From: a virus
Strand: one strand, 5' to 3'
DNA length: 64,000 bases
Virus record (IMG/VR): IMGVR_UViG_3300035137_000026
Location: 133,731 to 197,730 of that record
The notes beneath the pieces were generated by a model. The model made no database searches. It was not told the origin of the DNA and was given only the letters and a program-made list of their open reading frames with translations. The position numbers were made by a program, and so were the translations under genes. Below are positions 47,162-54,656 of this stretch, piece after piece (within the stretch, counting starts at the first letter, position 1; each line of letters opens with the position of its first letter).

Positions 47162-47555
47162 CTTTGTCGTGGAGTCTTGGGACGATACATACAGGCCATC
47201 TATCTGAGCCTACTATCTCTCTTACATCGGGCCAATCACTGCCCTTGATTATCATATCGGGCTTAAATTCGTCTATAGCCTGCTTAAGGTCTGTGTCTGT
47301 GTCAAATACTTTTACCTCTACCTGTGGGTAACACATGTTCTTGATGGACCAGGCTGCTTCGGCCTCTAAAATATGAGCGGTCCTTTGGGTAGAGTTTTCT
47401 ATGGGTCGGCTATGACCCTTAAGTGCTCTTACTGAGTCGTCGCTGTTTATTAGTACTAGCACCTCTCCGTAATTGGACCATTTAAGAGCCAATTCTAGTA
47501 GGTATTGGTGTCCAGTATGGAACAGGTCGAAACAGCCATTTAGCACTATCTTCAT
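47121..47555 (-). CDS. RfaE/HldE nucleotidyltransferase-domain-like protein (heptose-1-P nucleotidyltransferase-like)
   Basis: NGCFDLFHTGH, LINSDDSVRALKGHSRP, IIKGSDW, ISTT. Confidence 0.85.
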   Translation of the reverse strand: MKIVLNGCFDLFHTGHQYLLELALKWSNYGEVLVLINSDDSVRALKGHSRPIENSTQRTAHILEAEAAWSIKNMCYPQVEVKVFDTDTDLKQAIDEFKPDMIIKGSDWPDVREIVGSDRWPVCIVPRLHDKDGDISTTRQQNAI

Positions 47556-48349
47556 AGTGTGAACCTGTAGAGGCTAGCTAGCCTCTCTCCAATCTGTTTA
47601 GCAAGTTCTCTGTCCTGCTTTATGCCTTCGTACCGGGTGACAGCAGCTGACCCTTGGAGCCATTCTGATAGTTGGGTAAGCTTAGTATGCTCGGGCTGTG
47701 GGCCACGATCTAGGAGAGCATTGCGGAATGCTATGTCTATTCTCTGTAGGCTAGTCGGTGCCTGGAGTGTGTCAAGTGTACATACTTTCCCCCAGGCAGG
47801 ATTGATGCATGGATAGAACTTGCCTATATTGGCTAGAATTGCGTCTGCTCTATGGAAGAGAATGTCTCCAGGGTGAAACATTGGGTTACAGCCAGTGGGC
47901 ATAAAGAACTTCTGTAAGTGCATATACTGGTGTAGTAGCTCGAGGATATCGTCTAGGCTGTCATCTTGGTAGATAATGTCGCTAGCGAATGGAATGACAT
48001 GTAGCCACCTGGCATTCATCCAGCCACATCTACCGGAGAGTATGTGCTTTGCCCAGTCGAATAGGTTGGCGAATATGATGGGGCTCCCGGAACTACCATA
48101 GGATATGGTTCGGAATCCCGTCGGATTGCCGGACTTAAAGGATGGATTTATAAGGGATTCTACTGTATCCACATAAAGGCACAGTATGCCAGGGGGCTCG
48201 GACTCTATCCCATAAATCCTGTTGCCTGCAGGATATAGGCCTACCAGGTGTGTGCCCATATCTTCTTCTCTGAGCAGGTCCTCGGCTGTAGCCAATAGGA
48301 TGTCCCACTGGTCTTGAGGTAATCCGTAGTAGAACTCAGATGTCTGCAT
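47552..48349 (-). CDS. Degenerate Pol-beta-superfamily nucleotidyltransferase-like protein
   Basis: GNRIYGIESEPPG resembles GS..YG...SD.D but lacks the DxD. Confidence 0.35.
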   Translation of the reverse strand: MQTSEFYYGLPQDQWDILLATAEDLLREEDMGTHLVGLYPAGNRIYGIESEPPGILCLYVDTVESLINPSFKSGNPTGFRTISYGSSGSPIIFANLFDWAKHILSGRCGWMNARWLHVIPFASDIIYQDDSLDDILELLHQYMHLQKFFMPTGCNPMFHPGDILFHRADAILANIGKFYPCINPAWGKVCTLDTLQAPTSLQRIDIAFRNALLDRGPQPEHTKLTQLSEWLQGSAAVTRYEGIKQDRELAKQIGERLASLYRFTL

Positions 48350-48357
48350 TTAGTCTC

Positions 48358-48828
48358 CTAGAAGGGTACGTCGTCGTCGCCGATCCCTGAAGAGTCTTTT
48401 GGTTTCGACTTTCCTTTGCCTCCACCATTGCCTTCACTCTCCTTGGCGAAGTAGGCTGTCTCTACCTCTGCACGGATGTGCTCGAGGAGATCGTTGCCAG
48501 GACCTCCGCCCTCTTCTTCACGTACAATGGTGATGACTGGATGGTACTTGGGCTTACCGTTCTCGTCTGTCTCGCTCTTCTCATCTTTACGGGATGGTAG
48601 ACCGATTTCGACTCCACCGTTCTTGCTCTGGAAGAGCTTAAAGCCTTTCCATGTCATGTGAGTTTCATCCCCACCGTCAAGGCTGAACTGCACGTCAGCA
48701 AAGCCCATCAGTTTGCCGCTTGCGTATTTGTGTACCCAGACCTTTGTTACTTTCAACATGCTTTCTGCTCCTAAATAAATGTTAGAGCCTCCACCTTGAG
48801 ACTCCAACCAGGTCAACAATCTGACCAT
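48358..48828 (-). CDS. SpoVG-like protein with SSB-like acidic tail
   Basis: KVTKVWV...LMGFADV...GFKL...GLPSRK...YHPV; ends GDDDVPF; probable start MLKVTK. Confidence 0.7.
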   Translation of the reverse strand: MVRLLTWLESQGGGSNIYLGAESMLKVTKVWVHKYASGKLMGFADVQFSLDGGDETHMTWKGFKLFQSKNGGVEIGLPSRKDEKSETDENGKPKYHPVITIVREEEGGGPGNDLLEHIRAEVETAYFAKESEGNGGGKGKSKPKDSSGIGDDDVPF

Positions 48829-49621
48829 TGATAATACCGAACGTAGTCTCGAAGTGGCTTGCTAGGTCGCCACTAATAGTGGCGACTTCCCAGCCGTCTG
48901 TTCCGATACACGTCGGACTTATGAAAGAACTATCACTGTCATAACCTGGATTGACAAAGATAGGTTCTGCACAAAAGCAGATACCTTCAAATAGAGTCAC
49001 AGGTAAGAACTCACCGGGTGCGTTATGTATTGACGGTGCTTCGTGTAGCATGTATCCTATCCCGTGTCCCGTCATAGATACAACCTGCTTCAGGTGCTGT
49101 GCTCTTGCGGTTTCTCTAATAATTGTTGCTATCTCCATAGTATCTTTTGGTTGCTGCTTGACTATATTACTTAATGCTTTCTGTGGTGCATTTACCCATT
49201 CTGATTTAGAGCCTACTCTGGTTGTGAATGCAGCATCCAAGTTTAACCATCTATCTCCATAACGTATACAAACACCACAGTCAACAGAAACTATATCCCC
49301 AGTTTTGGTGGGTGTGTTGTTTGGCCGACCATGGGCAACGACATTGTTGATAGATATACAGATGGCATGGTTAAATGGTTCTCCAAGGTAGTTCTGTTGA
49401 ACTGTAAATGGAAAGTCAATTATCCTATAGGCATTATTCTGTCCGAATATTTTATTGCAGGCTGAGATAAATCTGCCCTCTAAGTGATTTGTATCTCCCT
49501 CAGCCACCTTATTATATAGCTGTCTAAGGACCTCGCCGAACTTCTCTCCAGTATCCTGGTAGAGTTCCATGGCTTCTGCAGATTTCTTGATGGGAATCTG
49601 GGGGGCGGTTGGCGATGTCAT
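48782..49621 (-). CDS. map: Methionine aminopeptidase type I
   Basis: CISINNVVAHG, VSVDCG, LDAAFT, GHGIG..LHEAP, AEP, HFETT. Confidence 0.9.
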   Translation of the reverse strand: MTSPTAPQIPIKKSAEAMELYQDTGEKFGEVLRQLYNKVAEGDTNHLEGRFISACNKIFGQNNAYRIIDFPFTVQQNYLGEPFNHAICISINNVVAHGRPNNTPTKTGDIVSVDCGVCIRYGDRWLNLDAAFTTRVGSKSEWVNAPQKALSNIVKQQPKDTMEIATIIRETARAQHLKQVVSMTGHGIGYMLHEAPSIHNAPGEFLPVTLFEGICFCAEPIFVNPGYDSDSSFISPTCIGTDGWEVATISGDLASHFETTFGIINGQIVDLVGVSRWRL

Positions 49622-49649
49622 ACATTTATCCTTGTCTGTATCTTACCTT

Positions 49650-49677
49650 ATCATAGTCTAATTTTGTATATAGTCAA
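49650..49677 (-). promoter_or_regulatory. Sigma70-like promoter
   Basis: TTGACT-16 nt-TATGAT on the minus strand upstream of map. Confidence 0.5.
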
Positions 49678-49682
49678 GCAGT

Positions 49683-49943
49683 TTATGTGTTTTCTTGGAG
49701 TTCTTGATACATCTCCTGAAGTGCTATCTTATAGGCCGATTCGGGTGTATGTGATTCGAACATGTTTCCATCAGCATTGCGAGCTGAAAGTAGACAGACC
49801 ATCTGTCCCTCATCTGGAAGTTCTCTTTGGGCTGATTTAAGTGTACGCAGTGCGTCACTAGTTGAGTCAAAGACATCAAACCATTCCATGTCGTTGTCGT
49901 CTGCGTACGTAACGGCTTCAACTAATTGTTCTGTGCTAGTCAC
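49683..49943 (-). CDS. Hypothetical acidic protein
   Basis: 86-aa ORF. Confidence 0.45.
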   Translation of the reverse strand: MTSTEQLVEAVTYADDNDMEWFDVFDSTSDALRTLKSAQRELPDEGQMVCLLSARNADGNMFESHTPESAYKIALQEMYQELQENT

Positions 49944-49980
49944 TCTAGCTCACCTCCATGGCTAGAGCATAGCAAGGAGC

Positions 49981-50619
49981 TTAGTTAGAAGCAAATCGAG
50001 ACCGAAGTTTCTTGGCGAGGCTCAGACGGCGGGTAACTTTGGCCTTGAGGTTTGCCTGCTCTCTCTTGTAGCAAGCCTTAGGATCCTCTCTGTCTAGGCA
50101 CCATGATGGCTTGTAGTTCTTGGCCTTACATGCTGTACCACAGGCATAGTACGTTAGGGTCTCCCTGATGCTGTCTGGGCAGACAGCTCTAGCCTCTGCA
50201 AGCCAGTTAGCACCACACAGGGCCTGTCCTTCAATGGTATCCATGAAGTGTGGGCAGTTGGCGGCGCAATCCCTACCACACTGCAGCAAACCTTTCTCCT
50301 TAGCTGGACCCTTCTTCTTAAGGGACAAGACGTCCGGACGGAATCTGCTCTCCCAGTGAGCCATTGATATCAGCAGATAAGGATCATGCTTGTACTCTGC
50401 GGCAGCCCTGTCAACTGCCTCGGCGATTTCATTAGCGTAGATAGTGTTTCGCTTCCGTGGATGACCTGGTTCCTTGTCAATCATAAACATGACTGCATTC
50501 TGGGTTCCCATGTTGCCGTCTCCATGGGCAGCTAGGGCTACCATAGAGAAAAGGGCGGTTAGGAAAAGAACTTTCAATCTCATTTGTTTACTCCTTAGTT
50601 GTGTACATGTATTGTACAT
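49981..50619 (-). CDS. Secreted SLT-like lytic transglycosylase
   Basis: Signal peptide; DPYLLISMAHWESRFRP; GLLQ. Confidence 0.65.
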   Translation of the reverse strand: MYNTCTQLRSKQMRLKVLFLTALFSMVALAAHGDGNMGTQNAVMFMIDKEPGHPRKRNTIYANEIAEAVDRAAAEYKHDPYLLISMAHWESRFRPDVLSLKKKGPAKEKGLLQCGRDCAANCPHFMDTIEGQALCGANWLAEARAVCPDSIRETLTYYACGTACKAKNYKPSWCLDREDPKACYKREQANLKAKVTRRLSLAKKLRSRFASN

Positions 50620-50669
50620 CTAGTGCATAGGCTCTATGCCTAATACAAAAATTGCAGTATTATACAAAA

Positions 50670-51326
50670 TTATGAAACGGAATGTTTCAATAGGTACTCT
50701 AGAGGATAGCGGCCGTCAGCGTGTCCAGCGAAGTCACGGTGTGCAACCACACCTGGCCCAGGTTGTGCCCTGGGAGGTATCCTCCAGCCTTTAATCTTTC
50801 TTTTCTTTGCATTCAACCCAATTGTGGGGAATACATACGGTATATGTAGTTTCTTGCACAGGAACGGGACAATCTTTAACAGAGTATCTAGCTGCGCCTG
50901 TGTTGGAAGGACATACCGTTTGTCCTTCTTGTCTGCTAACCATGTCCACCACTCAGCTGGGATGGTCTCAAATTCCATGCCTTTAGCAAGCTTTGGCGCA
51001 TACGGATTTACTATCTCAATACCAATACTTGTCTTGTTTAGCTGGTTTGCGTGTACCATCACGTCGTTTGCTAGGTCACCGTGACATGAAACCACACCGC
51101 TTCTGGCTAAGATGAGATGGACGCCGTACTTCTTTCTTGTTAGGGTCTTTTTACATCCTTCGGCTGTGCGCCCGGCTGTTTCGTGTAACACGAAATGTTG
51201 CAGTGGATGTTTTCTGGGCTTGCTCTTAAATAGGGGCTCGCCATCAAAAACAAAGTTTTTAACAATAACTCCGTCGGGTGGCTTGATGAAGTCGGCGTCT
51301 ATAATAAAGTTGGATGTCTCTAGCAT
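50670..51326 (-). CDS. N-acetylmuramoyl-L-alanine amidase (Amidase_2)
   Basis: VLHETAG, GVHLIL, HANQLNKTSIGIE, VVAHRDF. Confidence 0.85.
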   Translation of the reverse strand: MLETSNFIIDADFIKPPDGVIVKNFVFDGEPLFKSKPRKHPLQHFVLHETAGRTAEGCKKTLTRKKYGVHLILARSGVVSCHGDLANDVMVHANQLNKTSIGIEIVNPYAPKLAKGMEFETIPAEWWTWLADKKDKRYVLPTQAQLDTLLKIVPFLCKKLHIPYVFPTIGLNAKKRKIKGWRIPPRAQPGPGVVAHRDFAGHADGRYPLEYLLKHSVS

Positions 51327-51350
51327 CTGAATTCCTCCAATTTAGACACC

Positions 51351-51379
51351 ATCTTATCTCGGCTGCTATAATCTGTCAA
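51351..51379 (-). promoter_or_regulatory. Sigma70-like promoter
   Basis: TTGACA-17 nt-TAAGAT upstream of the amidase, followed by GGAGG RBS. Confidence 0.6.
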
Positions 51380-51412
51380 TGAATTACAGCTTCTGGGAAG
51401 GATTACGGTAGG

Positions 51413-52387
51413 TTATGGCAGTCCTAGGTGTTTGCTCATCTGCTCCATGGTGAAAGCCTCGATAGCTTTGTAGTTTGCATTTTCGGGGAGATTTGTTTTC
51501 TCCTGAGCAACTTCAAACTTGGTCTCTAGCTTATCAGCATGCTCGATGACCTGCTCAACCTCCCACTTGCCGTGCTTGATGTCAAGTATTAAGCTTGCCA
51601 TTGGAAGGGGGAAGATTAACTCGCCTTGCTCGAGCAGCATAAGTCCCTCATACAGCAAGCGAATTAGGTGTGATGCAAACTTTGTATCGTATCCATGTTT
51701 AAGAACCAGCTCGCTGCGGTTAGTGGCCTTATCTAGCCTCTGCTTGAGCATTTTGTATGCCTTCTTGGCATAAACACCAGGTTCAAAGCAAATGTCACCA
51801 CAGTGGATATGGTGTCCTGTGTCCTTCTTCCAGAAGGTCTTGCTGTCTGGATCGCAATCTATCATGTGGTCATACACCTGACCCATAGTAAGCTTCGGGT
51901 CACAAAGTCCTAGGAAGTCATAGCCATTGCGTAGCTCATTGAAGTGATCCCGGCGGATAATCATCTTGTGCTTCTGTGCATGAGCATACCCGATGAACCT
52001 TGGGATACACTGTTGGCTAGGGAAGTGTTCCCTCATTGCTAGAAGTGCTTCACCAGAATCATTGCAAAAGGCCTTGGCCTTGTCGTGCGCGAATAGAATC
52101 TCAATTACATTAGGGTTGTTCTTGAGTGCTAGGTTGATAAACCTCCTGAACTCATAGAGCTTCCGGTCAACTGCCTCAGCAGTATTCTTACCACTCTCAT
52201 CCTTGTCAGCCTTAGAGAAATCTACCTCTTTAACTGACTGGAGGCCCAGTACATATTCCTTCGGTGGCATAAAAATACCAACAAAATCCTCATCAGATTC
52301 TGGAGTGGAAGTGCCATACAGGTGTGATCCTACCACTATCTCAAGGATTTTGTTCTCTTCTGCCCGCTCTCTAAGTAAATCACTCAT
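51413..52387 (-). CDS. Pol-beta-superfamily nucleotidyltransferase
   Basis: VVGSHLYGTSTPESDEDF, NNPNVIEIL, YDTKFASHLIRL. Confidence 0.85.
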   Translation of the reverse strand: MSDLLRERAEENKILEIVVGSHLYGTSTPESDEDFVGIFMPPKEYVLGLQSVKEVDFSKADKDESGKNTAEAVDRKLYEFRRFINLALKNNPNVIEILFAHDKAKAFCNDSGEALLAMREHFPSQQCIPRFIGYAHAQKHKMIIRRDHFNELRNGYDFLGLCDPKLTMGQVYDHMIDCDPDSKTFWKKDTGHHIHCGDICFEPGVYAKKAYKMLKQRLDKATNRSELVLKHGYDTKFASHLIRLLYEGLMLLEQGELIFPLPMASLILDIKHGKWEVEQVIEHADKLETKFEVAQEKTNLPENANYKAIEAFTMEQMSKHLGLP

Positions 52388-52727
52388 CTTGGAGTATCTC
52401 TAATACTTTCTTAAGCTTCTCTGTACTAAGCTTCTTTAGTTCATCATCCTTGCATAGGCTCATAACTTTGTAGAGTATCCTTTTCCTGTATATGATCTTC
52501 CTGTGTTCATCGGTAATTGGTTCGATGTGATTGTGATTCCAGATGCCTGAGTGCCCGACCTTTTTGCCGTCTTGTTTGCGCCATCTCACCTCAGGAGCAT
52601 GCTTGTTCCAGCCTGTAGTAATTACTTGGGTCTTGGTGGTTCTAATTACTTCCCTAAAGTAGTCAGGACCGTAGCGTCCCATTACGGTGACGTAGTCGCC
52701 AGTTTTAATGTCTTCGAGCGTGCTCAT
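52380..52727 (-). CDS. Hypothetical protein
   Basis: 115-aa ORF. Confidence 0.55.
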   Translation of the reverse strand: MSTLEDIKTGDYVTVMGRYGPDYFREVIRTTKTQVITTGWNKHAPEVRWRKQDGKKVGHSGIWNHNHIEPITDEHRKIIYRKRILYKVMSLCKDDELKKLSTEKLKKVLEILQDE

Positions 52728-53014
52728 TAGTATACCTGTTTAGCGTATTTCATGATCTGGGTGGTTTTCTGCTTATCAATATTGTCGAGTGTTATCTCTT
52801 CACAGTCAGTCCAGGTAAAGACTTGTATCCTTCTATGGCTATTGAAGCTAGCTCTAAGTAACATCATATCTAGTTTACTAGAGGCTTTTTTGTGGTCCTG
52901 GCCGCTATAGAGCATCTCTATTCCCTCGGTGCCAATACCCATGATACAGAACCAATGATCCTTAGGGTTCTCTTCCTCTACCTCTTGGCCACATGTCTCA
53001 CATATTATAGTCAT
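52727..53014 (-). CDS. Hypothetical protein
   Basis: 95-aa ORF. Confidence 0.5.
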   Translation of the reverse strand: MTIICETCGQEVEEENPKDHWFCIMGIGTEGIEMLYSGQDHKKASSKLDMMLLRASFNSHRRIQVFTWTDCEEITLDNIDKQKTTQIMKYAKQVY

Positions 53015-53015
53015 C

Positions 53016-53497
53016 TTATCTCCAAAACTGCCACCACTTCTTGGGTGCTACTTCTTCCGGCTTCTCTATGGGTGATCACTTATTACACCAACCATCTTCG
53101 TTATGTTTTCTACATTCTTCGTAAGTTATGACGTTACCAATTATGAAGTTCCAGTGTGTTTATGTGTGTGCCCTGCATAGTTGTTCTTTATAGTACTGTC
53201 TTAAAGCCAAGTCCATGGTTAACATGGTTTGGTACAAGTCTGAGTCTATGTGATATATAGTATGCATGCCATGATATAGCATGCTGTGTGGATGTATCTC
53301 TCCTGGTATGAAGTGTATGCAGCTGCCGTAATGGTGTTTGTCTGACTTTATGGTTTTTTCCTGGAAGGCATCACAGTAATCAATGGTGGTAGTGGCTATA
53401 TAATACCTTCAACCCTGTGTCTACATCTCTTACAGACGGCGGGTCCACATATCTCACGGTCATCCTCGTCAGTGGCATACATTCTGTGACCGAACAT
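53016..53497 (-). pseudogene. Cys-rich phage protein with a frameshift and two nonsense codons
   Basis: MFGHR...CKRCRHRVEGII, frameshift in a TATATA run near 53400, then ATTTIDYCDAF...LCRAHT*THWNF...GWCNK*SPIE...KKWWQFWR; TAA at 53160-53162, TGA at 53076-53078. Confidence 0.6.
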
Positions 53498-53510
53498 TGT
53501 GCAGGGTATC

Positions 53511-54398
53511 TTATTCATCTTCTTCCACATTATGGTCTCCCCACATTAGGAATAGCAAGCAGCATCCTGCATGAGCTAGGTGAGACTTGCCACTCTCCGG
53601 GTCCTTCTTCTCCCCGTCATACCATGCCGTCATATGCCTCATCAGGGCACCGAAGTATCGCTTCCTTAGGGGTCTCACGTGCTTCCAGTTGTCGTCTCCG
53701 GTAAATTCAGCTGTTGCTGTTGTCTCGCTTGATAAATTTAGCTGCTGTAGGCGACTGAAGATACCTAATCGCTTCTTTAAGGTCAGTGATATTGTCACCA
53801 AACATTCCAAGACCGTTGTTGCAGCGACTACATAAGTAGCCTCTTGCAAGTCCTGTTTTAGTGTCATGATCAAGATGCATGGTGCATTCAGAAAACTTAC
53901 GTTTACATATTGCGCATCTATTTTCTTGTTCTTGTAGTAGAAGTTTAACTGTTTCTTCGGTGAGCCCTCGGCTTCGAAGGATGCTTCTTCTTTTTGTTCT
54001 TCTATCCTTTGCTCTCGCCTTTGGGTCTGTGCGTCTACGTTCCCTATACTGAGCAAGCTTATGGGGATTGTCTCGTTCCCATTTTCGCCGGTTTTCTCGC
54101 TGTCTTTCGGCATATTCAGGATTCTGTTCTTTAAGCTGTTTATCGTAGCAGGCTCTGCACATCCCTCGTGAATGTACCACTCTATATTTATCGCATTTAG
54201 TGCAGTATTCCATTCTTTCAATTCCTCCTCCAGGGAGGATAGCATAGAACTGGAATCTAACTCAAGTTTTTGTGAATACTTTTTCGCACCGAAGGTAAAA
54301 ATCTCGACTATCTCTCCTACTTCTTTGTATGGTAGGAGTTCCCATCTGGGTTTGTCCTGATCGAATTTTCTCCCTAGTGGTTTCTGGTCTTTGCTCAT
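53511..54398 (-). CDS. dATP/dGTP diphosphohydrolase-like protein (DUF5664-type) with a 192-codon in-frame insertion
   Basis: KFDQDKPRWELLP...FGAKKY|insert|GDDNWK...RYFGALMRH...DPESGKSHLAHAGCCLLFL; about 103 aa without the insert. Confidence 0.85.
   Translation of the reverse strand: MSKDQKPLGRKFDQDKPRWELLPYKEVGEIVEIFTFGAKKYSQKLELDSSSMLSSLEEELKEWNTALNAINIEWYIHEGCAEPATINSLKNRILNMPKDSEKTGENGNETIPISLLSIGNVDAQTQRREQRIEEQKEEASFEAEGSPKKQLNFYYKNKKIDAQYVNVSFLNAPCILIMTLKQDLQEATYVVAATTVLECLVTISLTLKKRLGIFSRLQQLNLSSETTATAEFTGDDNWKHVRPLRKRYFGALMRHMTAWYDGEKKDPESGKSHLAHAGCCLLFLMWGDHNVEEDE
53707..54213 (-). CDS. Endonuclease VII-like (His-Cys box) homing endonuclease nested in an alternative frame
   Basis: QENRCAICK...HLDHD...ARGYLCSRCNNGLGMFGDN...LKEAIRYL; own GGAGGAGG RBS. 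Confidence 0.9.
   Translation of the reverse strand: MEYCTKCDKYRVVHSRGMCRACYDKQLKEQNPEYAERQRENRRKWERDNPHKLAQYRERRRTDPKARAKDRRTKRRSILRSRGLTEETVKLLLQEQENRCAICKRKFSECTMHLDHDTKTGLARGYLCSRCNNGLGMFGDNITDLKEAIRYLQSPTAAKFIKRDNSNS
54207..54256 (-). promoter_or_regulatory. Predicted RNA hairpin covering the RBS and AUG of the nested endonuclease
   Basis: mRNA AUUCCA(G)UUCU pairs with AGAAUGGAAU (contains the AUG); inner UCCUC/GAGGA stem holds the SD. Confidence 0.55.
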
Positions 54399-54416
54399 AA
54401 TTATCCTTAGACATTA

Positions 54417-54656
54417 TCAGTCTGTGTATAGCATTGGTTTAAGTTCTGATTTTATCCGCATAGCAACCTCGCCTCTCCAGGTACTAGCATTAGATAAAAA
54501 ATATCTGACGACACTAGATGCTGAGTCGTAGAAGTAGTTATTATTAATGCTATTTAATGTCTTTAGGGCATCAAGGTACGGCTTGGCACCAAAGTAAACT
54601 TTCTTCCAATCCTTTTCTATCTCTTTTGCTATTTCATACAATGGTCTATGTGACAT
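54417..54656 (-). CDS. Small conserved-type phage protein
   Basis: RPLYEIAKEI..DW..VYFGAKPYLDA...FLSNASTWRG. Confidence 0.6.
   Translation of the reverse strand: MSHRPLYEIAKEIEKDWKKVYFGAKPYLDALKTLNSINNNYFYDSASSVVRYFLSNASTWRGEVAMRIKSELKPMLYTD

Noticed and set aside
53700-54275. The host-frame insert as a conventional intein or group I intron
   Set aside because: No Hint blocks, no terminal His-Asn, and under 70 nt lies outside the nuclease ORF
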